This document shows, piece after piece, positions 14,201-27,936 of a stretch of DNA of 64,000 nucleotides; the first letter of the stretch is position 1; each line of letters opens with the position of its first letter. Origin of the DNA: the human T2T-CHM13v2.0 reference genome, Homo sapiens; NCBI RefSeq assembly GCF_009914755.1, contig NC_060931.1, one strand, 5' to 3'. The translations under genes and the position numbers were made by a program. The notes below the pieces were generated by a model that worked only from the letters and a program-made list of their open reading frames with translations, made no database searches and had not been told where the DNA came from.

Positions 14201-16187
14201 GGGTATATATATATATATAATACCCACACACACTTTTCAAGTTAATTAAATAAAATTTAAATCACAGAATAACTTGTTGAAATACTAAATATACTGGGAT
14301 ATCAGAAATTAGTGATTGAGAATCAAGCACTTACATTCTAAAGATAGTGTAGACCAAATACCCCACGTATACCTCTCACTCATTTCTCTGACTTCCCTTG
14401 GCATTCACCTTCATTAGAGAAAGAGTACAGCCTTTGCCGATCAAAGTTGATTACAGAGACTCTTGGCTGGTAAAGGCAGTTACTTTGGATGACTCACATC
14501 TTTCTGCTTGCACATGGCAGGGATTTGGCACAGTTTTTACAGTAAGACTGTTTCTGTCATCCCCAAGATTTTTCTTTTTCTTTTTAGAAATGTTAAGATT
14601 AATTCCGAAAAAAAAATATGATAGTTGTGTAACCATGTAAGGTAAGTCATTGCTCAAGGGTAGTCCTGCCCTTCTAATACTACTTAGGCTTTAAATATCC
14701 AATTTATGAAAGAATAAGAAATATTGCTACACTAACCTATTTACTTCATGTTAATAACAACTTCTGGGTGTTCTTCTTATCTGCATCCATTACTCCATGA
14801 TAATGAGATGCTCCTGCTCTCAGAAGATATTACATCTGAAGGGTGGATGTTCCGTATATAAAGGCACAAACACAGCTAAAACAAAATCATTACATTTATT
14901 TTCAAAGTCATTATGTTAGGACCCCAGAATTACTGTTACTGCAAAATTATGTTGGTTTTTGAGCAAGAAAATTGAGAAATTATTCAACCTAGCCATCCCA
15001 CTACTGAACAGTACATCACACATATCATGAGAAAGATAAAGATCTTAAAGTTAACACATCACCACAGTTCTACATCCTTTTTAATTGATGGTATTATGTT
15101 TGAGTAGGTATAGAGTGACAACACTTTATAGGACTCAAAATATTTTCTGACTTGATATTAAAGCCAACATGCAGCTTCCCATGTGAGTTCTCTACTCTTT
15201 CCTGAAAACCAGCTGTAGACTTGTTTGACTTGTTTCATTAATTACAAATGAGGGAGTTTAACTTGTATCAGTACCTAAACAATCAAGTTAAAATGACAAT
15301 TACTTCTTTTTTTAATGTGAAATTTTTGTTCACGCTCACTCAGACAAATAATTAGCTAAGAGAGTTTTTACTTTTTTACTCGGTAAGGCTAAGCCAAATT
15401 CCACTTAAGATTATCATATTTCTAGGCTAGCAAAAGCTCATAATTACCTAGTTCACTCTTGTGTCAAATCTTCCATAATCTTTTGGGATGTTTCAATAAG
15501 AAAGCCTCACTAAGGTAAAGGAAAAACTTTTTTCCACATTTTATTCCTTCTAAACTGTAAAATAATTAGCAATATACTATGTATAAGCAGTAAATCAAAA
15601 AAATGAATAAAATTAGAAAGTTATATAAAAATTGCTTTTTCTGATTTTATTTCATAGAGTTTAATTTAAGAAAAAAAATGGCCACTTATGACTTTCCTAC
15701 ATTAATCTGTTTATTAGGTTCTTTGCTCTCTTCTCCACACAGAGGGAGGTTTATAAATGCATATTGACATGCCCACTGTAGGCTTGTGCGGAAAGGAGAA
15801 TTAATCCTCCATTGTGTAGCAGTCAACTCCTATTTAGTGGTTTGTCTGCTAAGATCAATACAGGGTCTCTAAGGCATAATGGCTGGCTCCTTTCACTCTT
15901 GCTAGACAAACAAATACCCCTTTTAAAAAAGTCAGTTCACGAAGAAGAAAAATAAAAGCTTTTTCTAGGCATAACCAGCCCTGGCTAAAACTTTTCAATA
16001 GCCTCAAGTTTGGATTTCAGTGCCCCAGTCTTCATTTCTAGGCCCTTTTCCCTTCTTTAAATGTGACTGCTCTTCAGTCTCTCCCAATTAAAACCTGTCT
16101 TCAAGAAATAATTTGATATACATATTTAATCCCAAAGAGATGCCTGTATGAATTCAAAGTCTTAATATGCTACAATTCTCAGGAATA

Positions 16188-16871
16188 CAGCAGTCCCCCA
16201 TTATCTGAGGGAGATATGCTCCAAGATCCCCGGTGGATGCCTCAAACCAAGGATGGTACTGAACTCAATATTTTTTTTCTATACATATATATCTATGATA
16301 AAGTTTAATTTATAAGTTGAGCACAGTAAAATATTAATGACAGTAATTAATAATGAAATAGAAAAATTATAACTATATGTTGTAGCAAACATGGTTTTTC
16401 TCCCTCGTAATATCTCATTATACTCTACTCTTCTTCCTCAAGCAATGATGTGAGATGATAAAATACCTACATCATGAGATGAAATGAGGTGACTAACGTA
16501 GGCATTGTGACTTAGCATTAGGCTACTATTGACCTTCTAGCAATCATCAGAAGGAGGATCAAATGCTTCGAGTGATCCTGGATCATGAAACCATGACGAT
16601 GTCAATGGTTTGATGTCAGGAGCAGACAATGTCAATGACTACTGGGCAGGTAGCATATACAGTGTGGATACGCAGGACAGAAGGTTAATTCATGACTCAG
16701 GCAGGACAAGTGGGGCAGGGTGACATTTCATCATTCTATTTAGAAGTGCACGTTCCTTAAAACTTATGAATTGTTTACTTTTGGAATTTTCCATTCAATG
16801 TTTTTGAACCACAGTTGACATTGAGTAGCTGGAACTATGGAAAGCAAAACAGTAGATAAGAGAGGATACTG
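16188..16871. mobile_element. MER44 (Tigger7-derived, TcMar) element
   Basis: TIRs CAGCAGTCCCCCATTATC / GATAAGAGAGGATACTG with TA duplications at 16186-87 and 16872-73. Confidence 0.88.
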
Positions 16872-17029
16872 TAACTTTGACAAAGAAAAGACTTCTTAGG
16901 CAGAATTAGTCTCTGTGGAATTTATGTAATACATGTAGGCATTTGAGACATGGAGTTGAAAGCAAACCATTTCAGTATCATCATAGACAGCAACTTACTC
17001 CACCTACTTGTAAGATTATCCTGCAGCTA

Positions 17030-17310
17030 GGAGGTGCCTGGACGCCTCTTAAAAACCACATCTCTTCTATTTACTGCTTGGCTAACTTCTTTTTATTCCT
17101 CTAGATTCAGTTCAAATCTTGCCTCCTTATGGAAGTACTTCCCAAGTACACTCAATTCCCAAGGAATCCTACCATCATTTCTATTATTGCAGTTATTACT
17201 CTCAAATGTTATTTTCTGTTTGTCTCTCTCTCCTAGAGGTCACTAACAGCAAGAACTGCTGCTGTTAATTTGTGCCTTTCCACACTTAGCACAGTGTTTG
17301 GAGCATAATA
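17030..17310 (+). mobile_element. L2 3' fragment
   Basis: ctagattcagttcaaatcttgcctccttatggaagtacttccc...acttagcacagtgtttggagcata. Confidence 0.65.
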
Positions 17311-17659
17311 CCTTCTCCTTCTCCCCCCTGCACCAATATTACATAAGTGGTAGGCAGCAACCAGGGCAGTCAGCTCATTCTCCCTTTCATCTTCTGTCCA
17401 CCTGTTGAAGGCAGGCATCCAGTAATGGTGGAGAGAGGCAGTGATAGGAAGGAGGCAGATGAGCTAATAGTCAGAGATGCCTCTTTTCACTTACCCCAAA
17501 GATGTATTTACTAAAATCGAGAAGCATGAAATGTTTGAAGAAATACATTTTACAGTACCAATGTTTTGTTGAGTGGTTTCAAACTCTTCTAGAAGGAACA
17601 GCACAACGCTTAACCTTTCCAAAGTGAGTTGATTACACAATGATTGTTCCTTCAAAGTC

Positions 17660-17975
17660 AGACTTTGGCCAACTACATACGGCCCACAGGTCAAATGTGG
17701 CCCATCTCCTGCTTTTCTACTGCTTACAGGCTTAGAAGAGCTTTTAAATATTTAAATGGTTAGGAAAAAAATCATGTTTCTTGACATGCAAAATTAGTAT
17801 AAAAATCAAATTTCAGTGTCCCTCCATAAGGTTTTATTGGATTACACTGACTCTTGTTCATTTATGGATTATCTAGGCTTGTTTTTGCATGACAAAAGTA
17901 AAGTCGAGTAGCTGTGACAGAGGCAGTGCCGTTCTGCAAAGCCTAAAATGTTTGCCAGTTTGCTTGCCTTTTACC
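17660..17975. mobile_element. MER58B-like hAT-Charlie fossil
   Basis: tacggcccacaggtcaaatgtggccc...aaatttcagtgtcc...ttttattgga...gagtagctgtgacagag...gcaaagcctaaaat. Confidence 0.8.
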
Positions 17976-19809
17976 AAAAGAGTGCTCTAAATGGGCATAT
18001 TAGGAACAGCACAGGCACTCTAAAGACATTATTTACAGCACTTAAAAAAATAATTTAGAAACAATTGAGAGGAGAAAGAGATTCACTTAGGCTTGAAGAG
18101 AGTAAGCCATTGGGGCATTCCTCTTTAGGGTGAATAGCAGAGACATAAATGAGATAATTAACAGTTGTTTTCAGGAGGAGTTAGATCCCATAGAGCAGGG
18201 AATGTAAACAATAACCTTGGTTGTCTGGAAAGTAGAACAAAATACATCAAAATATTTAGAAAGCTGAGATAATGAGAGTGCAGTTATTTGTTTATTGCTC
18301 TAACTTCTTTCCTTCACTGGAAGATCCTTTTGGGGTGGTTCAATAAATTGAACCAAGTGTTCAATTTGTGATCAGCATCAAAGTTTCCAACTCCCTATAG
18401 AAACTAGATACGTTTTTGAGGAAGGAAAGAAGGGAGGGAGAAAGAAGAAAGAAAAATATATTTGAGAGGATTATTTGCTTTTAGCTTTTACCATTTACTT
18501 TAACTTATTTTTCACTTTTATATGTGGAAGTTCACTAATTTAAGTGCTTTTATCTAACCAGACAATTTTATTTGTATTTATAAAACCACTACCAAATGTT
18601 TCAAGGAATGTACTTCTGCTGTTTCAAGTTTTAGCTTTGTTTTCTCATAATGAAATTCAACCACCATTGATCATGTAGTGACTGCTCTTAGAGATTAGTG
18701 AAGTAGTGAAAACGCTAATAGGCTTTTACAACTATAAATAAACCATTATCATAACCCCTTATTAGTGGTAGAAACATCAAGTTGTCAAACAAATTCTGTA
18801 AGAGTAGTCTAGCTATTCACATTAATGACACCTATAATGGAATCACTATGTTCTTTCTTGTTTTTAATTTAAAGCACACATTGTACATTTCCATTTTATT
18901 GCCAAAACCTTCATCTGCAATCTTATAATCTCCTTTAAACACAAGAATATTTTTCTTTATTTAAATTTATAACTAACAGCCAGGCTCCAACATGTTTAGC
19001 TATAGACTTTCATTAGCATGATTAAAAAAACGCCAAAATAAAACAACAAGCAAAACAAAAGCTCCTGCAACAAAAAAGACTCATAAGCAGTTGAACCCGG
19101 AATAGTATTCATTTTTAAAGGCAACTTGGTTTTACATTTATTCACCTGCCCTTAAAATATGGCTTTAATTTATTACTGATGGCATTTTCAGTGATCTGCT
19201 GAAGGATTTAACTCTGAAATGGTTTATTCTAATTAAGAGCCTCTTGCCAATACTTAGTCACCATGAGGCTTGGAAGCCCCAGGGACCAGCTTTCATTACA
19301 CTTTGTGCCCATTTCATACAAGTAGAACATTTTTCAATCATCAGATCTAATTTACATCTTTATAATGTTCCCTCATCTAACACTTTTTTTCTCACTCTGT
19401 CAAAACTGATACTTTGGTTCTTTAGTTTGTTCTCAATTTACAGTGGATTGAAATGCAGTTTTCACAGAAACTAAAAAGCTTCGAGTGTACCCTAGAAGAA
19501 GGTCCATCTTACCCTTAGTTTTTAACATAATAAGTCTGATTTGCTCATGATCATTCAAAACACAGAGTGACATGACACAGGAAACTGCTACCCAGAAAGG
19601 TCCCATCAGTCTCACTACTGGGTTTCCAATCTGGATAAAATGCAATTTTCTGCTTTTAAGGGGAGGGCTGGAGACAAACAGCAATACAACAGCTCTGCAT
19701 CTGCTTCATAATGTTTTGGAACCAGGGTGGATCTTTGTAGTGAGCTGTGGTAAGGTAAGCAGAGCACGGCTTTGGGTGAAAAAGCCCTGGGTTCCTGTTT
19801 GGTTATGCC

Positions 19810-20225
19810 TCTTACTAGTGATCCAGATGCCAGCAGACTGCATCTCCCAAGCTGGCTTGTCATCTGGTTTCCTGCCAGTTGTGCCAGTGGAAAGCACTGG
19901 CAGGAGATTGGAGAGGGGCTGGGGAAGGAGCCAGTGTATTTCTGCTGTTTCTTTGCATCTTGTAAGGCAGTTGCTCACACTCCTTTATGGCTCTAGAATT
20001 TTCTGCGTTGAAAGACTGTTGAAGTTCCAGCCTCCATGACACTCTGCCCTAAAACTGAAAAACTTCCTCCTCCCTTTACCCTGCAGCCTCGTGCTGGTGG
20101 CAGCTTCCTGCTGTTGCTAATTCCTGGGTTATCTTATGGGATGAGAACTTTCTTCACTTAGTCCATTCTGTTGTAAACACTTGATGTGATTTTTATTTGC
20201 CTACTTAGACCTTGAATACGATCAA
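19810..20225. mobile_element. ERVL LTR (LTR33/LTR16-like)
   Basis: actgcatctcccaag...gccagtggaaagcactggcaggagattggaga and gcagcttcctgctgttgctaattcctgggt motifs. Confidence 0.7.
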
Positions 20226-21126
20226 TACTGTTTTAAAAGTAAGGTACTCTGCTCACAATCCAACCTCACTTCCAGAAAATTAAGTGTAGAGAGGAGCATA
20301 CGAAGAGAAGTAAGAAAGTATGCATTTAATGTACTTAGAATGTGGGATATATGCTGCATTTAAAAAAAATAGTTTTCTAGTATCAACATATTTTCACATG
20401 ATTTGTTTCCTCTTTCTCCTTAAAATGAAACCTGATGGAAATAATTTTTATGGAAGTTTCTTTTCAGTTGGTTTATGTTTAAGCAGGTGTACTTTTTGGG
20501 TCATCTTTGTTTTTGTCGTGTGTTGTTGATTTTTCTTAACTACATAGAGTAAGAATACAACCACAGGGCATATTCATACAGAATTCTGACCAAGTAGAAC
20601 TATAGAGGTAGAGTCATGAATTTTTTAAGATCCTCTTCATGTATATATTTTTTCTGGATATACCTTAGTTTGTATAGTTAATAAAAAGAATGACCATTCA
20701 ATCGGTGCTTTAATCTCCTAAGAAGAGGCAAAATAATCCAAACACAAATCCATAAAGTATACTCATTTAATTTTAGGAGATAACTTTGTCTCACTTTGAT
20801 TGGAATAGAATCTTTCTTCTAAAACATAACTAATGTAAACATAAGCTCCCGGATTCTCATCAAAAACAAAGTTTGTTTAAGGATATAGAAACTTTCTAGG
20901 TTAAATTGAACACTAGAATTTTAGAGGAAGCCTCTGGCTGTCTTTGGGAGGTTAAATCACATTTTCTCTAATCTCATCTCCTTTTATATTTAAACAGCTG
21001 TGACTATTTACATGAAGCATCATCACATTAAATTATTTATACTTAAAGAACTTTGGAATCGTTAGCAGGGAAGAAGTCCCTGGTTAGTGACTAAGCAGAG
21101 AGGTGCACACATAAGGAGAAACAAGG

Positions 21127-21498
21127 TGATATGGTTTGGCTGTGTCCCCACCCAAATCTCATCTTGAATTGTAGCTCCCATAATTCCCACATGTTGTGGG
21201 AGGGACCCGGTAGGAGATAATTGAATTATGGGGTCAGTTTCCTCCATACTGTTCTCATAGTAGTGAATAAGTCTCAAGAGAGCTGATGATTTTATAAGGG
21301 GTTTCCCCTTTCACTTGGCCGTCACTCTCCCTTTGCCAGCTGCCATGTAAGATGTCCCTTTGCTCTTGCTTCATCTTCCTCCATGATTGTGAGTCTTCTC
21401 CAGCCAGGTGGAACTGTGAGTCGATTAAATCTCCTTCCTTTATAAATTGTCCAGTCTCAGGTATGTCTTTAGTAGCAGCATAAAAACAGACTAATATA
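21127..21498 (+). mobile_element. THE1 (MaLR) solo LTR, full length, sense to KCND2
   Basis: Starts TGATATGGTTTGGCTGTGTCCCCACCCAAATCTCATCTTGAATTGTA, ends ACAGACTAATATA; 5-bp TSD CAAGG (21122-21126, 21499-21503). Confidence 0.95.
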
Positions 21499-21623
21499 CA
21501 AGGCAAGCCCATGACCTGGCTGTATGAGTGGTAAGAAATGACCCTCTCATGGTAAACTCCAAGCTGGCCCTGTGCTTCCAACACAGGACAGGAGGAACCC
21601 AGGCCCTACCTGGAGTGGTCAGT

Positions 21624-21669
21624 TGAGTGAGAACACCAGGCCTTTCTGAGTGAGAACACCAGGCCTTTC
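21624..21669 (+). repeat. Exact 23-bp tandem duplication
   Basis: TGAGTGAGAACACCAGGCCTTTC x2. Confidence 0.95.
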
Positions 21670-22918
21670 ATAGAACTGCCATCAGATCATGTCAAGTATT
21701 TGGGAACAGGAGTAATATGGGCATGGCCAGACCCGCCAGGAGGGATACAACTTGTACTCACAATACCATCATCTCAGTCAGACACTACTGCTGCCAAAAA
21801 GGAGCCTAATTCTCTGCCACAATAAAGAGCCAAGTCTTAGCTCCCAGGCACTTAGAATTTTGTGCATTCTTTTCTGTGACACTTAAGGAGTAGATAAATA
21901 GGTGGCAAAATTATCAGGCCTTCTTTGGCAGAATTAGAAATAAAATATGTATTAGGTCATTACTGGATAATCCATAGGTAATTTTAAAAGTACAGTCAAA
22001 AATAAAATAGGTAAATACAACTTAAAAATGCCATGAGACCTCTAATAGCTAATGGATTTTAGGCTGTGTAAACTCAGATGGGGGAAAAAAATTTCAAATT
22101 AAATAGCTGCACTTCTTGTTTTAAGGCTGCCTAACTGACATTCTCCCCTAAGGCTGGCACTGCAGGCATACACCTGGGGACCAGCTTCTCTGTCTTCCCC
22201 TGGCAAAGGCACTTGGGAGTCTTTGAATAGATTATAAGCAATGAACAGTTCCAGGGGTGTCAGCAAGTGAGAGTGGTGGCTGGTTATAAGAAAACAGGCT
22301 TATCAACAGCACTGTCAAAGTGGCAAGGGATTTGGCTCCTTGGGTGACAGCCTGCAGGGCAGCAGCGGTGACTAGAACCATGCACCGTGGGGAGTTTCAT
22401 CCAACAGAGTTACCTTTCAAAGGCCAGGAAGAGATGGAAGCAATGGCCGCAGGTAACTAAAGAAAGCCCCCAGAGTGAAAGTAGCCCTGACAGTGTTGAA
22501 GATGAAACCTCTTGGGACGGAAAACCAAAACATGCATCTTAGGGAAGCTGGTGCCATCAGCCCAAAGCCAAAGTGATCAGGCATTCACTGGGACTTTGAT
22601 TTACTTGATGGACTAATTTTTCTTTTTCTGTTGGAAGACAAACATGTCTCCCTCAATATACTCACAAGGTTTAACCAGAGAGGATCTTGTTAAGAAAAAT
22701 AACTACCACACGATGGAATTTTCAGATAATTGCCAGTGCTCACTATCTAAGATTAGTAGCATCCAAGAGAAGAATAGATGGTTATTGAACAACTCAGCTA
22801 CTTCACAGGATGATGGTGAGATTTAGAGAACAGAGTCTATATTTATTTGAATTGTTGGATATTTAAAAGGACAAAATCTGCCAAGTTGGAGTTATTTGTA
22901 TTTTAAAATGATGGCCAA

Positions 22919-23085
22919 GCTGAGCATGGTGGTGCATGCCTATTGTCCCAGCTACTCTGGAGGCTGAGGCTGAAGGTTCCCTTGAGTCCAGGATTTCTAG
23001 ACTGTAGTACACTATGACTATACCTGTCAACAGCCACTGCACTCCAGTCTGGGCAACATAGTGAGACCTTGTCTCTTAAAAAAAT
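22919..23085 (+). mobile_element. FAM (fossil Alu monomer)
   Basis: Single monomer retaining the 7SL-derived segment ctgtagtacactatgactatacctgtcaacagccactgcactccag, short A tail. Confidence 0.85.
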
Positions 23086-23454
23086 TAAAATTAAAATCAA
23101 CAAATTCTGGCCAGATTTATAGATTCATGTTTGTTAAGTATGTGACCATGGAAAACAGGTAGAAACTGGAAAAGTGGCAGGTCTCGCCACTTCTATTTTC
23201 ATTTCAAATCATCTAGGTTAAAAATGGATTTCTCTGAGTATAAAAAGAGGAAGCATAAACAGTGTAGAACCAGGTTATGCTGGGCATTTTGTCTAAGTAT
23301 TGGAGAGGAATTTAGAAAAACTGAGGTGGTGACATGGTTTTGGGCCTGGAGAAAAATAAGAAATCTGGTTCAGGAAAAAAAGAGGAAGAGACCTTTATCT
23401 CCCCTCACTCCCTGCCATATGTATTGTTTACCATCAGACCTTTCCCTGAAGGAT

Positions 23455-24030
23455 TTATTTAAGCAATAAATATTTATTGGTTCCAATTATTTGCTCAGCA
23501 CTGGACAAGGTCTGTGCTAGACCTGGGTTTATAACAATGACATGATCTTTGACCTCACTGAACTCATGATCTGGTAAGAGAAGATAGGCCTGTAAAAATC
23601 TAATTCTACTCTCTCAGTTGCAAGTAGCATTGAAGGCATAGCAAAGGGAGAGTGGATACTTTTATTGGATAGAGATAAAATTGTCAGGAAGTTTTTAAAT
23701 AAGAATTGACATTTGAGCTTCATCAATGGAAATTGGAAATTACCCAAAGGATTTATGCAGTAGGAGTGCCAAGAGGAATATTCTGGAAAGAACAGTATTA
23801 CAAGACATACAGAAATGGAAAGACGTAGTACATTCCAGTAATAGAAAGTTATTTGTTCCAGTGAGACTATGGGGTGTATGTGGGTGAACAGTGGAGGATG
23901 AGGTGGCCAAGTCATGAAGAGCTGTGGTTATCATGCTAAAGAGCTTGGCTCTTTCCTGCAGGTGATGGAGAGACACTGAAGGCTTTTATGCAGGAGAATG
24001 ACATGACCAGACTCACAGATATGTGAGAGT
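23455..24030 (-). mobile_element. L2 fragment
   Basis: aataaatatttattgg...tgacctcactgaactcatgatctggt...ggagagacactgaaggcttttatgcaggagaatgacatgaccaga. Confidence 0.75.
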
Positions 24031-24972
24031 GAAAGGATAGCTCCAGGCAACAAAGACTAGGAACTCAAAGCACAGGAAAATATTTCCGGTGGCTCCACAG
24101 CTGGGAAAGCCAGTCCCTAGTGGGTTTTTTTGTTTGTTTTTAATGTGTACCTCTCAGTAATCAGTTGTACATCTATTTTCATAACTTCTTTAAAAATCAT
24201 AATTTTATAAAATGAGGGAATAAAGTGTTAAAAACATGGCTCTGAAAGGCATATTTTGAACATAAAATATTCTGTAAAGGAGACTATATAGTCTTTTACT
24301 GATGACATTCATTTAGGTAAAAAACACTTCATTAGAATGTTAGGTCAAAATCATATGTTCCATTTATAACCTTTAAAGCCTTGCCATAATCATATAATAG
24401 GCTAAAAGCAAGAGGAAAAAAATAGGAAACAGGAAAGAATTTGGTTTTTTTAAAAAAGCACAAGCTAAAGAACGCAGTCAGTAAGCCCTGCTGAAATCCC
24501 ACATTGAGGGTTTACTGTATAAATGTTGAGAATGTTGAGTAGATGTGCTAAAATCATCTTAGTTCTTTCCTTGATTTTTTCTTTTCTATACACAAATCTT
24601 AATCCTTTAATTTCATGTAATTTTCACACTAAGGGTCCTAATTAAGGGTTTCTTATTTAAAATTGTGCCTTAGCGATACCTAGCATTAGAGAAAATTACT
24701 TATCTTTGTAAAAGAAACACAAAATGCTGTCGGAATTATTTTTGCATCTTTTTGGAAACACCTTGAAAATAGATAATTTATGAAATTTGTGGGGTAGGGG
24801 TCAACTATTTCCAGAGGAATAAGATGCCCAAAATACAGCCTAAATATTACATGTGTGCAGGCAAAAGATAAGGAATCGGTACAGGCAATTTACTGGAAAT
24901 ACTTTTCTCGCTCTCAGCTTGTGAAAACCAGCAAAGACCTGGTTTGTTTCCAAACTTTCATTTAGGTTTTTA

Positions 24973-24985
24973 TGCCCCCTAGCGG
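24973..24985 (-). promoter_or_regulatory. CTCF core motif
   Basis: Reverse complement CCGCTAGGGGGCA fits CCRCNAGRKGGCR; occupancy not shown by sequence. Confidence 0.6.
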
Positions 24986-27200
24986 GTATTTGGTATTTCT
25001 GCAATTATAAAATAATGCTGATATTTTTCAGCAATTCCTTCGTGCATTGTGAGTTCAGACTCTTTATGTTGACAATATTTAACATCGATACTCCCTTAAG
25101 TATCTTAAGTATTCAAATGAGAAGTTTTAAACATTATTTGGGCTATAACACTTTGGATAATTTAATAACACCTGTGAAAACACTTTTCATGAAAATGCAT
25201 ATGAAAACATATAGTATCATGGAGTTCCCTGACTCCCTTGAATTTATCCACGCACTCCTTGAAAGTTCATAGACTCCGAGGTAAAAATCTCTAATTAGGG
25301 TGTGGAATCCTCTAGCTTCCGCTTTCATTTAGTGGGCGCTAATTAAGATTATTAATGCTGTGAATAGTGGAAACAGTTTTTTTAAAATACACTGTTAAAA
25401 GTTAACAGTAGCTCATAATTTGGCTGAAACAAGAAATAACGCAGAATACTTTAAACAACTACATACATTAGCTGATCCAAAAAAAAATGTTCTTGGGCTT
25501 TGATCGTATAGTAATTGATCCTCCAGGCAAGAGAGGTGGAGACAAAATCAAGGCAACTTTTTAGGCAAATATCGATTTTAAAATGTCAAAGAGAAATCTG
25601 CCTATTGTGAAGTAATACCAGGGCCCCTCTGGCAAACAAGTTCAATACCACAAGCAGGTGTTATGTAACAACACTCAAAAAAAAGGTCATTTGCTATTTG
25701 CAAACATTACAGCTACTGTAAAAATCATCCATCAAACTGTGATCCTTCTAGAATACCAAGCTGATGGCAGAAAATCCATGAATAACATAGATACTCAGAC
25801 CCTAAGGGGTAGAATTACTAGTTACAAAGTGATCCAGCTTCCAGGTCAGAAGAAATTGTTTCTTAGACCTCTCAGACTAACACTCTGGTCAAAGAGAAAA
25901 ATTCAGTGGATAGGTCAATAATTTAAACGCACATAGACGTACACACATAATCAACTAACGGCTTTCACCGGGGCATTATACACATTACTTACTTTCATCT
26001 AACTTTTTAAAGGATACCTGCTTTTCAAATACTTACACTCCAAATACTGATTCATGTCCCATGTGAGTTTCTTTTAATTATTGTAGTAGTTGAAATGCAG
26101 CATTTTTTTGAACCAGCAACTGCCCTATACAATGTACAGAATGCTCCTGAACTTCTGTGCACCTGCACAGGATCTGTTCATTCATTCTATTCCTTATACC
26201 TAGTAATTCACAATTTTTCCTTGTAAAAAATGAAAAAGATAATGTGAGAGATTGAGTTACAGTAAGCATCAAGGTTTATTTTAAAATCAGAATTTTCTTC
26301 CTGTTGTACAAGGATCTCTTCTATCTTCATGATTATTTATCAATTACATGACTTTTGTTTTATCTTTTAGTGTGTGTGGGACATACTTTCAGAGATGGAA
26401 AGTCACGCATTAGCTAGGGAGATTTGCCTCATATAACATTTGTACTCTATCAAATGAACATACATTTATACCCATCAAATAAAAAGAGAAAAAATAGAAA
26501 CTATATGAATAGGACTAGGAAGCTAACAGTATTGTTTGAAGATGGTGTAAGAAAATTCAAGGAAATATTTCTCCATTTGAGATATAAAGACAGCCACATC
26601 ATGCAACTTCTGAACTAGTCATGCAACTTCTGAAGAAATACTAAACAGGGAAATATTTAGTAAGGTGTCAATAACATTTGGTTTACAATGAATTATGTTT
26701 TAAAATTATGCATATTTTCAACCTATCAATATTACTTGATAAATAGGAAGATGGATAGATGGATGAATGGATGCATTGTCTGCCTGAATTAATCAGATTT
26801 CATGAGATTTAGTATTAAGTAGAGTGCATGCCAGAATTCAAGAACTTTGCATGAAAATTTTTGATAATATTTGAGACAAATCTTTAATAGCCAAAACTTA
26901 AATCTCTTCTGAGGAATTGGTCTTCCACCCAAAATAATCTTCAATATTTGGCAAAATATAAAATTTTAGCCAGTATTTTTGGGAAGTACGCAAATTTAGA
27001 ATTAACATTTTTATGCAAAAGGCACTTCCATGTTGTACCTTTTTAACCGATATGAGGAAGAAAGGGAGCCATAAACATGAGGTCTGGCAGATGTCCAGGG
27101 TGAAAAAGGAGCAGAAGGAAACTGGTGGCTCTACTGACATAGTAAATATAGGAGAAAGAAGGAAAACTTAGAAGCAGGGGAGAGTAGAAAGAGTATGGGG

Positions 27201-27542
<342 letters not shown>

Positions 27543-27620
27543 TCAATTAACGATGTTCAAGTTGCTGTGTTATCTAAAATATTTGATAGTTATTCTCTCA
27601 TGATATATTCTCTTGTTTCG

Positions 27621-27936
<316 letters not shown>

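Noticed and set aside
19572-20039. Longest ORF in the track (155 aa) and overlapping ORFs
   Set aside because: Overlaps MIR/LTR33-like remnants, no recognisable domain; chance ORFs in locally GC-richer DNA.
22408-22452. 45-nt in-frame pseudo-exon (ccaacAG ... CAG|GTAACT) in intron 1
   Set aside because: Pyrimidine tract is poor, region looks like an old LTR remnant, and insertion would destroy the filter; no support without junction reads.
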